DNA of 64,000 nucleotides from Raja brachyura (taxonomy: Eukaryota), in assembly GCA_963514005.1 (NCBI GenBank), contig OY740785.1:28644001-28708000 (forward strand). The letters run 5' to 3'. A program made the translations under genes and the position numbers. Below are positions 49,366-61,975 of the stretch, in pieces (the first letter of the stretch is position 1; each line of letters starts with the position of its first letter). The notes under the pieces were generated by a model. That model was not told the DNA's origin and did no database searches. It was given only the letters and a program-made list of their open reading frames with translations.

Positions 49366-50160
49366 AGAGTTTATTGTCATGTGTCCCAGATAGGACAATG
49401 AAATTCTTGCTTTGCTGCAGCACAACAAGATATAGTAGGAATAAATACAGAACAGATCAGTGTGTCTATATAGCATAGACCATTTATATACACATAAATA
49501 AACAGATAAAGTGCAATAGGCTGTTATAGTTCAGAGTTTGTTTGATGGCAAGTTTAATAGCCTGATGGCTGTGGGGAAGAAGCTGTTCATAAACCTGGAT
49601 GAACCAGATTTCAGGCTCCTGTACCTTGCACCTGATGGCAGCGGAGAGATGAGCGTGTGGCCAGGATGGTGTGGGTCCTTGATGATGCTGGCAGCCTTTT
49701 TGAGGCAGCGACTGCGATAGATCCCTTCGATGGTGGGGAGGTCAGAACCGATGATGGACTGGGCAGTGGTCACAACTTTCTGCAATCTTTTCCGCTCCTG
49801 GATGCTCGAGTTGCTGAACCAAGCCACGATGCAACCCGTCAGCATGCTCTACTGTGCACCTGTAGAAGTTCAAGAGGGTCCTCATTGACATACCGACTCT
49901 CCGTAATCTTCTCAGGAAGTAGAGGCGTTGATGTGCTTTCTTTATAATTGCATCAGTGTGCTGGGACCAGGAAAAATCTTTGAAAATATGCACGCCCAGG
50001 AATTTGAAGTTCTTGACCCTTTCCACCATCATCCCGTTGATATAAACGGGATTGTGGGTCCCTATTCTACCCCTTCAAAGTCCACAATCAGTTCCTTGGT
50101 TTTGCTGGTGTTGAGAGCCAGGTTATTGTGCTGGCACCATTTGGTCAATCAGTCGCTCTT
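49366..50160 (-). mobile_element. Rex1/Babar-like LINE 3' fragment
   Basis: VERVKNFKFLGVHI..SWSQHTDAIIKKAHQRLYFLRRLRR...LTGCIVAWF...SFFPTAIRLLN with a frameshift. Confidence 0.85.
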
Positions 50161-50924
50161 ACATAAATCTGCATTCGGCTGTACAACCTGATCTGAGCAG
50201 TTTCAACATTTTTATTTCAATACAAATTTCCAGCATTCACAGTTTACTTTAATCATATTTCTAATCTGCACATTAAATACACCTTTGAAACTTTTAGTGC
50301 CGTGCTATCTCGATTTGTTTTGTGGCTGTGTTAGATATCATTGTAAACCAATGGGTTAGATCCTGATCTGATTGTAAATGGACCTCGTTATTATTACTTA
50401 TGGGAGTCCAACATACCTGCTTATGTGATATGATTAACAAACTTATTCACATTGAAGATAGACACAATAAGCTGGAGTAACTCAATGGGTCAGACAGCAT
50501 CTCAGGAGAAAAGGAATAGGTGATGTTTTGAGTCGACTCGAGCAGGAGGAATCACAGAGGGGGAGCAGCCAGAGAGGATGATGCAGAACTCTCGTCGGCG
50601 AGAGGATAATTTCTTCAAAGTAGGCTTACCTTGAGATTTCACAGTGGGGCGGATTAAATGTGTGGGAAGGAACAGCAGATGCAGACAAAATGTGTAGAAC
50701 GGAACTGCAGATGCTGTTTTTATCCTGCTTCCTCTCTCGCTGCTCCCCGTCTGATTCCTGCTGAGTCTGTAGAAGGGTCTCGACCCGAATTGCTTTACTC
50801 CAGTGATGCTGCATGACCCGCTGAGTTACTACAGCTTTTTGTCTTATTCACATTAATTTGTCGTCGGGGCGTTGTATTTTCATGTTAGCTAAAAGGATTT
50901 TTAATTGGTATTTTGTTTATACAG

Positions 50925-50983
50925 AAAAAGAAGTTGGGAGTTTTGCAGTGCTTCAGAAAGATCAGAGACACATCTATTATTTG
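50925..50983 (+). CDS. OARD1: OARD1 coding exon 3 (KKEVGSFAVLQKDQRHIYYL)
   Basis: cag acceptor, gtaatt donor; 59 nt, phase 1 to 0. Confidence 0.93.
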
Positions 50984-51825
50984 GTAATTGAGCTAACATT
51001 TAAAAAAAAAATTATGAAATTAGATAATTTGCTTATTGAATTTATTTAAATATTTTAGAAAAAGATACAGAATAAATTATAAATCTAAATACTTTTGTAA
51101 TGTGTACCTTTTGATAATCAATTAGCTTTGTAGATTGTAATATACCTGCAGGTTCCAATGGTTTGTCGCTATATTTGTTAATCAGATGGAAATCTCCACA
51201 ATGCCTCTTAAAAACCACTAACCTTGATTCAACTCCAAATTTCAACGTATATCCTCAAAGGCCAAACTCCCAAGTTATGGATATGACATTCAAAGGCTAT
51301 ATAAAAAATAGAAACGGGAATAGATGATTCACAACCCTCTTGTCTGCCCTGCTATTTAATAAGATTTTGACTAACCCAAGTGCCACTTGCCTAAATCGAC
51401 TGTATATCTTTTGATTCCTTTAATATCTATAAATCTATCTCTTGAATATACTAATTGCCTGTAGCTTTCTAGACCTTGGTTAAGAATGCAAAAAAAAATC
51501 ACCATCCTCTTAGTGAAGATTTGTTTCTCATTGTGGTGCATAATGGCCAGTTCTTTATTCTGAGTGTGACCTCTAGTTAACTGAGGCAGGGGAAGCCACA
51601 AAGCAACCAACCACTGCAGTAATTTCGTCTGTTTCAATTAGAGTTTTCTTTGTCACTTCAATTTTGCAAGGGGGTCCTTGATTGGTAATGTTCTGAACCT
51701 AGATGATCCATTGCATTTGGACATAAACCTTAGAACATCTTTATTTGTTATGCTTCTTGATCTTAATTACCAGCCTAGACAGTTAACAGAACATGCCCAA
51801 TATTCAATGATATATTTCTCTATAG

Positions 51826-51938
51826 ATCACCAAAAAGCTGGCATCAGATAAGCCTACGTATGATGATCTGCAGAACAGCCTCAAGGCCATGAAGGACCAC
51901 TGCGTGGCTAATGGAATTCTCAGGATCTCAATGCCCAA
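51826..51938 (+). CDS. OARD1: OARD1 coding exon 4 ([26 protein letters not shown]...ISMPK)
   Basis: tag acceptor, gtaaaa donor; 113 nt; retains the catalytic Lys84 equivalent in ITKK. Confidence 0.95.
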
Positions 51939-52164
51939 GTAAAAATAATAGATGCATTTAGTTATTGATAGTACACTGTTTAAATATTTGTAGATACCCT
52001 TGTTCTTCCTTCCAGCTTGTTGTTCTCTGCTGTCCCAGCTTGGTGTTCTCTACCCTCCACAGCGTTGGGAGAGTGGGATGTCTTGAAGGCCAGTGTGGGG
52101 AACACAAGGTCGTAGAACTGCCAGGACTCAGTGGGTGGGTGGGCGGACGAGGGGGAGGAAGGGG

Positions 52165-52590
52165 AGGGGGAGAAGAGGCTGAGCTATAGGGAGAGGTTGA
52201 GCAGGCTGGGACTATTCCATAGAGTGCAGGGGGATGAGGGGTGATAATAGATGTGTATAAAATCATGAGAGGAATAGATCGGGTATATCTTGCCCAGAGT
52301 AGGGGCATCAAGGACCAGAGAACAGTTTTAAGGTGAAGGGGAAAATATTTAATAGGAATCTGGGGGGTAGCTTTTTCACTTCAAGGGTGGTGGGTGTATG
52401 GAATGAGGTGTCAGAGGAGGTAGTTGAGGCAGGGACTATCCCAACATTTAAGGCACAGTTAGACAGGTACATGGATAGTACAGGTCTGGAGTGATATGGG
52501 CCAAACACAGGCAAGTGTAGCTGGGACATGTTGGCCGGTGTGGACAAGTTGGGTCGAAGGGCCTGTTTCCAAAGTCTATGACTCTGAGCT
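52165..52590 (+). mobile_element. CR1-like LINE 3' fragment
   Basis: YRERLSRLGLF...MRGD...YKIMRGIDR similarity and CR1-type 3' UTR. Confidence 0.8.
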
Positions 52591-53467
52591 GGTCATAGTT
52601 ATGGAGATAGTAAAGTATAGAGCTGCAACAGTTGAGCATATCAAATTCGAGGCATCAGTGATTAGGTTTAGAGGACGCCACACTCGTTGCGGCACAGCGC
52701 CACAGACCTGACCTTGTGTGGGGTTGGTGTGGATTCTGTGGGCTCAAGTGCCTGTTTCCAATGCTGTACCTGGAAACTAAAAATGCAACTGAATGTATTT
52801 CACAGGAAAGCCTGAAGTTATGCATAAGCAGGAATATGGCGAAGAAAGACCACTCTCACTACAAACCAAGTGTTGACTGCATGAAAAGTCTTCAGAAGCA
52901 GCAATGTGGTCCCAGTCACAGGAAGTTGATAATGTAGAATGCAAGGACATTATCTTGCTTTGAAATAACACTGTGTTGAAACAACACAGCTTGTTGAGAG
53001 CTGACAGGTGCTCTTTTCATAAAGACTGAGCACAGCTGATATGAATGATCTCTGAAATCTGCTGAGTCTGATTTTGGAACTTTAGCTGGCACGTTGTTTA
53101 GACAGCTAGTTGGGAGTTTTGTAGTCTCAAAGGAAGTCGGATGAAATAAATGTTAAAATGAGTAGATGAAACTACCAGGAGTTGTTTTGGTTCTCTTATT
53201 TCTTCTTTTCACTGAAGATATAGCTCTGTTTATAGATATATTAATAGCCTCATTGTATGCAGTGACACACCCTGAACTAGAAGCCAACACAAAGTTGTTT
53301 GTCAAATCAGACTTGTGTTCTGAGGGGATTGTCGGGAATAATTTTTGCATTAATTTATTCTTATCGTTATTACTGCAGCACAGTACTTTTCCAATATCAG
53401 TCGAGCATATGAATAAAATAATGCACTAGAGGGCTTTAAGACAGGGTTCGGCAACCTTGCTCTGCAT

Positions 53468-53995
53468 AGGCGCTGCAAGCCGGCAGCCCTGTTAGCAGCT
53501 GTCTGTCTTTTTTCCACTTTTTGTGTTTTTAGTATGTTTCAGTGCACCGTTTAAATGTTTCTTGGTCTGTCTTGTGTGGGGGGTGGTGAGGGGGGGGGGG
53601 GTAAGGGGGAACCCGTTTTGGCCGCCTCTTCCACGCAGAGGCAACTTTTCCATGTCGCCTCCCCCGTGGCCTAACACCAAGGATCGGCGCAGCCTTTCCC
53701 GGAGACGCGCCCGGGAGTTCAGTGGCGGGCGCACCATGGACACTCGGCGTGGAGCGGGTGAGCCCTCGCTGGGGCTCGCCGGAGGGGAGCGCTTCTTTTC
53801 GCTGGCCCGCGGCAGTTGGCAGCCTGAAGCCTGAAGTCTACAGGGCTCCAGCGGGGAGCGGCGTCAGCAGCCCGGGATTCCTCGTGGGGGACCCGGGGGA
53901 AGAAGGAGCCACCACCGCCGGCCCGCGGCCTACTTCTACCGCGGGTCCGGCATGGACTTACCATCACCCCCGGAGGGGAGCTTCAACCACCGGCT
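53468..53995 (+). mobile_element. GC-rich non-autonomous retroelement, 5' part
   Basis: GGCGCTGCA...GTTAGCAGC, T-rich tract and G-run-GGGGAACC shared with the reverse complement of 61500-61680. Confidence 0.55.
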
Positions 53996-54320
53996 CTGCT
54001 GTCTGCTTTGACATATTATCCATTTGGCCGAACCAACAGAAGTCACAGCTTTGGGGGAAGCGGGGTTGGAAAATTGGTGGTGGACCTGCAGCTCTACTAT
54101 CGGTCATTATTATAGTCACCTTAGCCCTGAGTGGTGGAATGCTCTTCCTACACCTTGACCTTGCTGCCCATATTACATCCTTTGAAATGCTCCTCTGTTA
54201 TCTGGCCCGATATTCTTTTCTATGTGTTAATCTGCAGATATTATTTTGTATTGTTACTGCTTTTCACTTCTAACTCAGTATCTGGGTCTATTACAACAAA
54301 CATTGCTATTTTCCCTGCAG

Positions 54321-54423
54321 GATCGGATGTGGACTAGACGACCTGAAGTGGGACAAAGTTTCTGCGATAATTCAAGAGGCCTTTAAAAGCACAAATATTA
54401 TAATCACGGTGTACTCTCTGTGA
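54321..54423 (+). CDS. OARD1: OARD1 last coding exon ([13 protein letters not shown]...ITVYSL*)
   Basis: cag acceptor; IGCGLD motif with the Asp125 equivalent; TGA at 54421-54423. Confidence 0.95.
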
Positions 54424-55060
54424 GAATGTCATTGTCATATCTGTAACACTAATAAGTATTCTTTATGAATATTTCTGGGTACAGATAAGCATGAAATGTC
54501 GGCAGGTATTTTTTTGGTTACCTGTTTGATTCCTATTGTTTGGTAGTTTGTGTTTTCTGCCTCTGTTGGCAGGACCGAAAATCTTGGTGTTTAATCATCT
54601 ACCAAAATCACTATATTTGCAATCACGAATTTCAATGCTGCATATTTCACAATTCCTATAATGTTCCCACAGTTTGGGAGAAACACTCATTTTGTTAGTG
54701 TAATTTTGTCTGAAATCTTTGAGAATTCCAGAACTTTTTTCAGTCTGAGATCTATGGCAAGCAATCTAGCACTAAGTCAAACACAACATGAATGATGCTG
54801 TTCTCATGTTCTTGCCGTATGAATTGTTGAAAATTAAAACCTTTTGTTGAAACTGCTGTTGTCATGGAATTATTGTGGCTGGTTTAAAAAAAAATGTTAT
54901 TTGCATTCAATTTTATTAGTCATAAACAGACCATTTTACACAAGAATGTTTTCACTGCATCATGTCAACATTGATTTTGGTTCGTTTCTTCATTGTGTTT
55001 CTTTTCATGTTCAATTATTGGAGTTTTTCATCCCAACCATGTTCCACATTCACACCAATG

Positions 55061-55066
55061 AATAAA
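55061..55066 (+). terminator. OARD1 polyadenylation signal AATAAA
   Basis: AATAAA about 640 nt after the stop codon, followed by a GT/T-rich tract. Confidence 0.7.
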
Positions 55067-55126
55067 GAAGTTCAACTTGAATTTATTGTTGGATTTGTTA
55101 GGGGTTGTCTTGTATTTATTTGTTCA

Positions 55127-55325
55127 CTAGACTAAGTGGGACCCGTTGGGTCCCAGTCACACGGGAGGCCTGGTCCCCCAACGCAACCCATTCCCCAATG
55201 CAATATTCCACCATTCATCCGTTCCCCCAATGCTAAATTTTCCACCACTCACCCATAGCCCCTAACTGCATAGGTGCGGCTGACGGGTTCCCGTTGTGAC
55301 GCCCCTGATCCCCCCTCCTCCCCTC
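55127..55325 (-). mobile_element. Helitron 3' end, same family as 45618-47593
   Basis: actagactaagtgggacccgttgggtccc is the reverse complement of the hairpin-CTAG end at 47567-47594. Confidence 0.85.
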
Positions 55326-55331
55326 ACAGCA

Positions 55332-55630
55332 AGGAGACAGCAAGGGTCAACAGAATTGAGAGAACATTGAACATTTTGAACATTGAATTCTCTCAATGCT
55401 GTTGACCCTTGCTGTCTCCTCCCCTTCCCACCTCCCCCTCAGCCCTTGAGCTCCTCCTTTTTCCTTTCTTCCCCCCCGCCTCCCCCCACCCCCTATCAGT
55501 CTGAAGAAGGGTTTCGACCCGAAAAGTTACCTATCACCTTCGCTCCATGGATGCTGCTGCATCTGCTGAGTTTCTCCAGCATTTTGTGTACCCTCGATTT
55601 TCCAGCATCTGCAGTTCCTTCTTTAACACT
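55332..55630 (+). mobile_element. Penelope 3' fragment with 5' inverted duplication and hammerhead-like core
   Basis: aacattgaattctctcaat...gctgtctcctcccc matches the Penelope end at 48970; CTGAAGA..GAAA at 55501-55524. Confidence 0.7.
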
Positions 55631-56082
55631 GAATTAACTTGCCGAGTGAATTTGACTGGCTGCATGTAGAAGTACTGTAAAACAAGTGAGTACTAATGAA
55701 GGGGCAAGTATTTCAATTGTTCAACTTGCATCTTGCATAGAGAAAAATGTCTGTGGTTGGTGATGATCAGCCTTGGATTGTTTATATAGGCATTCCCTGT
55801 ACAGGAGATAGAGACAAAAAGCTGGAGTAACTCAGCAGGACAGGCTGCATCTCTGGAGAGAAGGATCGGGTGACGTTTCGGGTCGAGACCCTGTCTATCT
55901 TTGGTTTAAACCAGCATCTGCAGTTCCTTCTTACACATTCCTTGTGCAGGGTTGGATAAATAGCCATCTTCATGTGTTTCATTAATGAGCTCCCTCACAC
56001 CATAAGGGATAATGATTTAAGGATGTTCAGCTTCTCAGAAAGAGAATATAGTTTTCCTGCTTGCAGCAAGACAGACAATATC

Positions 56083-57647
56083 TAGCAATGTTACACATTT
56101 TTGAGATTTAAAAAATCAAATCTGCAATTTATCCCATCAGATAAAGCATACAAAGAAGTTTAATTTGACACCTAATTCACTTTCATATCTTCAGTATTAA
56201 AAAAGTTATGGCCATTTTCATACTCGGAAATTAGCATCTTGTTCCCCATTGCCTTTCCATTGACTTAACGCAAAAGTTGTGATCGAGGACAGTCAAAAGC
56301 CTATAACTTTCTTAAAAATTAAGAGAACTAAAATAAATTTTCAGTTATTATAGATTGACCATTCTGAAACTAATATGAAACAATCTTACTTGGATGACCT
56401 GAAATTAAAGCATATAATTAGTTAGTTATCTAATTGTAGCTAATTACAAAATTCAATTACTAGATCTAAACATCTATCCATTTCTTAAGAAAATATTAAC
56501 ATTTTTTTTAAAGCCTAAAGGGCCTGTCACACTAGCGCGCGATTAGACGCGACAAGCGCGACAAATTCGGACGCGGGGATCGCGTGGGGTCGCGTGTGGG
56601 TCGGGCGATCCCGGTGCGAGTTTCGTGCGAAGTCCGCGTGAAGGTTGCGCGTGACGTCATTTTGCATCATCCGTTGGAAGAACACGTGGTAAGTATCTTC
56701 AAAACGCGCGCGTTTTTTCTGTTGCGGTCATGTGCGTCGCACGACGTCGGGCAGTGACGTCATCACGCACCGCCACGCTGATGACGCACGACGTCAAAAC
56801 GTCACGACGTTATCCACGTTCTCCATGCGAATCCGGCCGACAGGATTTTGCCGCGCAAAATTTTTAAGCAGTGTCGGTTTTTGCTGGCTCGACGCGATGT
56901 CGAGACCAGCTCCACACGAGTCCGCGCAACTCCACGAGACTCCGGCGATTGAAGTGGGACAGGGTCACGCGAGGCCGGACGACTAAAGCGACCACGGTAG
57001 GTCGCGCTTGTCGCGTCTAATCGCGCGCTAGTGTGACAGGCCCTTAAGTGTCCAAATAACATTCACACAGGGATTTACAATATAACATGATTTTTAAATC
57101 TAATTGTCATTAATTTATAGGCCAAATTGAAGGAATTTTGTGTTTAATGCCTGTAAATTAATGGCCATTTAAACAGCTTGCGAATGGGATTTTCTGGAAC
57201 GCGATGGACTGGAACATTGCGGTTGCAGTGAATTTAAACCCAATATCGGCAGGAAAAATTCTGCCGGTTCATATGGGGACTAAATCACCGTTTCGCAACA
57301 TGAAATATTGAAGTCACCTAAACAAGCAAGTGTATATGTAAAAATAAACAGCTTTCACTTACCTGTCCCCTACGTAAAATCCGTCCTCGTTGTCGGCGTT
57401 CATGGCATTAGGAGCTAATTTTTATTTTACTGCAGCGCAGAAATAGTCGGGTGATTAAAAAGAAATAATAATAACTTACCGGCAGTCGGTACGAATCTCC
57501 AGAAATAGATCGCACTCCGAGAAAATATAATTCCAGTGGCAAGGGGAAAACCGCATTTTAACCCCCCCCCTTAAAGGATCCAAAGTCGCGCACACGGCCA
57601 GCGGTAGAACTGCAGTACTGCTAAAGGTAAGTTTTGTAACATACCTA
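56083..57647. mobile_element. Non-autonomous DNA transposon, TAG...CTA termini, 7-bp TSD
   Basis: TAGCAATGTTACA versus reverse-complement TAGGTATGTTACA; CAATATC duplicated at 56076-56082 and 57648-57654. Confidence 0.7.
56519..57044. mobile_element. PIF/Harbinger MITE nested in the previous element
   Basis: Perfect 44-bp TIRs (56519-56562 and 57001-57044) flanked by TAA TSDs; CpG-rich interior. Confidence 0.92.
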
Positions 57648-57799
57648 CAATATCCAAGCTTGGGTTTGATAATGTGAAGAATAGCATCTGTTCTACCCAA
57701 ATGCTGGGAACTGATCATCGCCAAAGGACAGACTATGAATACCTACTCTCGCCTTACAGGATCTCGACCAAAACATCACCTACCTACCTTCCTACAGCC

Positions 57800-58135
57800 T
57801 TAAGGCCCCTGGGTTGAAGGAGCCAGCGGCTGTGTCCTGGGTCGGCACCATGGAGGCATCAGGACGGGAGCCACCAACGATGGTGCAGAGGTCGATGATG
57901 GCGCCGACTGATGGACAAGGACGGTCCACGTGGGAGTGAGGACCCCGCTGCCGGTGGGCGAGGAACAAAGGAGGACCTGGCGTGAAGGGATCGCCGTGAG
58001 GAAGGGGGACCAGGGATGCTTTATAACATTGTCTGCGCCATTTATGTGGCGACCATTTGCATACCTTGGGTATGCAGGCAAAGAGTTTCACTGTGACTTG
58101 TCACATGTGACAATAAAGCATTCATTCATTCATTC
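57800..58135 (+). mobile_element. GC-rich retroelement 3' part with AATAAA and (CATT)n tail
   Basis: tttcactgtgacttgtcacatgtgacaataaagcattcattcattc resembles the Rex1-type tails in this window. Confidence 0.55.
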
Positions 58136-58649
58136 TCCAAAGATGTTGCCTGAGTCGCTGAGTTACTCCAGCATTTTGTATCTTTGTAAACCAGCATCTG
58201 CAATTCCTTGTAACTACCTACTCCTGGCATTCAACAATCTCACCATTTTGAACTAGCTCCCACCATCAATCTGGAGAGTGCGTAGGGAAGAACTGCAGAT
58301 GCTGGTTTAAATTTAAGATAGACACAAAATGCAGGAGCAACTCAGCGGGACGGGCAGCATCTCTGGAAAGAAGGAATGGGTGACGTTTTGGGTCAAGATC
58401 CTTCAGAAGAATCTCGACCCGAAAGGTCACCCACCAACTGACCAAAATAGAATAATCTCTATAAAAGCTGTGGCTATGAAGATCAGTCAGTGATCAAGTA
58501 TCTATCCTGTGTTGAATCCTCCTGAATCCTTACAATCTTTCCATCACTGCAATGCTCTTCTGAATGAGTGTGGGTCACATGATAAAGTGGGCCACTGATT
58601 AATTGCCTGAAATGTTCCCTGCGCTTGTTACCCATTCGCCATGGCCCCA

Positions 58650-58966
58650 TTCTCCATCTCATAAAATACACTGCAGTTTGCACTGGACAGGCGCTCCTGG
58701 AAGAAATCCATGCAGGAAGGAGCTGCACGTCATGAAACAGAGCCACGCCGTGTCGCAGAGACAAAGCGACAGGACCGTAAGGAGAGAGAGAGAAGGTGGT
58801 TCTACGACTACCAACCACCGCTAGTCTCCACTGCCCACGTTGCACCAAGATGTGTGGATCGCGGATCGGCCTCCAGAGACATCTGCAGACCCACAAGTGT
58901 ACGACCCTATGGAGAGGAGAGGACATACTCGTTTCGAGTGACCTCCGATGATGATGATGATGATTA
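58650..58966 (+). mobile_element. RTE-clade LINE 3' end
   Basis: ALDRRSWKKSMQEGAARHE...RKER, then C2H2-like CPRCTKMCGSRIGLQRHLQTH and a (GAT)n tail. Confidence 0.75.
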
Positions 58967-59166
58967 CCCGTGAAGTTACATTTGTCACCACCACCAGCGT
59001 GCTGAGTTTGGCAAATGGAAACCACCTCCTGCAGCTTCTCCAGATATTGGGGAACAACATTCCAACTTGGAAATGTATCACTGCCTAAATGTAGGAATGT
59101 CCTTCTCAACAGCACTGAAAGCAAATTCATCAGAATGAATACGCCGTTTCAAGAAGCCTTGAAGTC

Positions 59167-59627
59167 GGGCCAGCATGGTGGCGCAGCGGTAGAGTTGCTG
59201 CTTTACGGCACCAGATACCCGGGCTTGATCCTGATTACGGGTGCTGTCTCTATGGAATTTGTACATTCTCTATGTGACCGCGTGGGTTTTGCTATATTTA
59301 AGAGGGCGTTAGATGTGGCACTTGTGGCTAAAGGGATCAGGGGGTATGGAGAGAAGGCAGGTACGGGATACTGAGTTGGATGATCAGCCATGATCACATT
59401 GAATGGCGGTGCAGGCTCGAAGGGCCGAATGGCCTACTCCTGCACCTATTTTCTATGTTTCTATGTTTCTATGTTTCCTCTGGGTGATCTGGTTTCCTCC
59501 CACATTCCGAAGTCAGACAGGTTAATTGGCTTCTGTAAATTGTCCCTCGTGTGTAGGCTAATGTACAGGGTGGTCGGCATGGACTAGGTGGGCTCCAGGG
59601 TCTGTCTCCAAGATATATATCTCTAAA
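59167..59627 (+). mobile_element. tRNA-derived SINE split by a CR1 3' fragment (59291-59476)
   Basis: SINE head at 59167-59290, CR1 end AIFKRALDVALVAKGIRGYGEKAG with (TTTCTATG)n, then SINE core resumes at about 59477. Confidence 0.85.
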
Positions 59628-59964
59628 GTCTGTTGACCCTTCAAAGCGGTATCTTGCCATCACTAATTGCTGTCACTACTAGCAGTGCCTTAATGAAAAA
59701 AAATGACTGAGGATGTTGTTGTTCACAAATTTCTAAAGGGTTGGATAAAATATCTCAAGACCTGTTCGAGAAAAATACCTTGAGTTTTTTGGTGCAAGTG
59801 AAAATGCAGCTGCATGTTTGGAAGATTAGCTAATGGATTAGAAACAAAGCATTTGAACACAAGTATTTCAAGAATATATTGGAGAAGCATTAGACATCTA
59901 GAAGCAGAAAACAGCAGCTGCTGGAAATCTGAAAAATCATTGAAAATTCGCAGCATTTCAAGCA

Positions 59965-60745
59965 ATCCGGGATGACAATGAGCTGGCTTACAGGGAGGAG
60001 GTGAAACAACTGGTGGACTGGTGCAATACAAACAACCTGATCCTGAATGTCGAAAAAACAAAGGAGGTCATCGTCGACTTCAGGAAAAACCGGCACAGTC
60101 CCACACCACTTCACATCAATGACAGCGATGTGGAGGTGGTCAGTAGCACTAAGTTACTGGGGGTGCTGATCACTAACAGTCTGACCTGGTCAAATAACAT
60201 CTCATCAACAGTTAAGAGAGCGCAGCAGCGTTTGCACTTTCTGCGCCGGATGAGAAGAGCTCACCTCCCCCATCCCATCCTCACCACTTTCTACAGGGGC
60301 ACAATGGAGAGTATTTTGACTAACTGTATCTCTGTCTAGTTTGGGGACTGTAAAGCCTCGGACTGCAAGTCTGTGCAGAGAGTGGTGAGGACAGTGGAAA
60401 AAATCATCGAGACCGCTCAATCGGGGATATTGCGATAAGGCCAGCAGTATTATAAAAGACCCCACACATCTCCATCACGGACTATTCACTCTGCAAAAGA
60501 TATCGTAGCATAAGGAGCAGAACACCAAGGTTCTGCAACAGCTTCTTCCCATGAGCCATCAGACTCCTGAATGCCATGTAATAGACTGCCACCATTGTCT
60601 ATTTTATCCTTTTATCCATTTTTTTTCCATTTTAACCTTTTAATTATCGTGTTGCACGGGGAGCCAAATGCAACGGAATTTCGTTTGGAATTGCATATAT
60701 CGATGTATTTCTAAATGACAATAAAGTTTGTTTGACTGACTGTTT
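59965..60745 (+). mobile_element. Rex1/Babar-like LINE 3' fragment
   Basis: WCNTNNLILNVEKTKEVIVDFRK...KRAQQRLHFLRRMRR...TFYRGTMESILTNCI; AATAAA and (TGAC)n tail. Confidence 0.85.
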
Positions 60746-60848
60746 GACTGAACATCTGTGAAGAAAGAAATGGTTAACATAGAAACATAGAAAATAGGTG
60801 CAGGAGGAGGCCATTCGGCCCTTTGAGCCAGCACCGCCATTCATTGTA

Positions 60849-61680
60849 ATACGATATGATGGCACTTTATTGTTCCACCGAGGTCTGAAATTTGTTTTTG
60901 CATACAGCCATATAATAAAATAAAGACCACACCACACGAAAGAGTTCAACAGCAAACATCCCCACACAGCAGAATCAAAAGTTTCCCACTGTGAGGGAAG
61001 GCACCAAAGTCAGTCATCGTCCTCGATGTTCCCGATGTTCACCCGTGGACGGGGCCTCCGGAGCCCTCCGCAGTTCCCGCTACGGGCAGCCCGCCGCTCA
61101 GGCCAGCTCGCCGGGATGTTGGAACGCTGACGTCGGGACTGGAGGGCATCGTCGGCGGCTTGGACCTCCATATCGGCCGCTTCCCACCGGAGTCCGCAGC
61201 TCCCAACGTCCCCAGGCCGCTCCGGGCGGAGATTCACTCTGGCGGCCCTCGGCAAAGGGCCCCAGGGACTCTGCGATGTTCGAGTCAGCGCCGCCTGCAT
61301 TGGAAGCACCGCGCAACACAACTCCTCGATGTTGGAGCAGCGGGCGTAATGCTCCGGAGCTTCAAACGGCGATCCAGGTAGGTATCGCCCGCTCCGCGGT
61401 GAATCCAGCGCCGCGCTGCCGCTGCCCAAGCTCCGGTCCTCGGTCACCAGTAGCAAAGGCCGCTCCGATCCAGATGGTAGGCCGCGAGGAGGGGGACTCA
61501 GAGAAGTAGTCGCATCCTCGCCAGGATGCGACTGGGAAACGGTTCCCCCGTTACCCTACCCCCCTCCCCCACGCAGAAAAACTAAAGAATCCCCAAAACA
61601 AACTGTTAAGACAAATTAAAATAGGAACATAGGAAAAAACGGACACCTTGCAGGCAGAGGCTGCTAACAGTGCAGCGCCC
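60849..61680 (-). mobile_element. Apparently complete GC-rich non-autonomous retroelement inserted in CR1
   Basis: 5' end shared with the 53468 copy; 3' AATAAA (tttatt at ~60866) and short-repeat tail; no credible ORF. Confidence 0.6.
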
Positions 61681-61975
61681 CATTCCAATGGCTGATCGTC
61701 CCCAATCAATAACCCGTGCCTGCCTTATCCCCATATCCCTTGATTCCACTAGCCCCTAGAGCTCCATTTAACTCTCTTAAATCCATCCAATGATTTGGCC
61801 TCCACTGCCCTCTGTGGCAGGGAATTCCACAAATTCACAACTCTCTGGGTGAAAAAGTGTTTTCTCACCTAAGTCCTAAATAGCCTCCGCTTTATTCTAA
61901 GACTGTGGCCCCTGGTTGTGGACTCGCCCAACATTGAGAACATTTTTCCTGCATCTAGCTTGTTCAGTCCTTTTA

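Noticed and set aside
45268-54423. OARD1 pseudogene
   Set aside because: All five coding exons splice in frame with GT-AG sites, no stops and a polyA signal; the substitutions alone do not show loss.
60991-61509. 172-aa and 148-aa GC-rich ORFs
   Set aside because: Inside a non-autonomous repeat; high GC explains the lack of stops.
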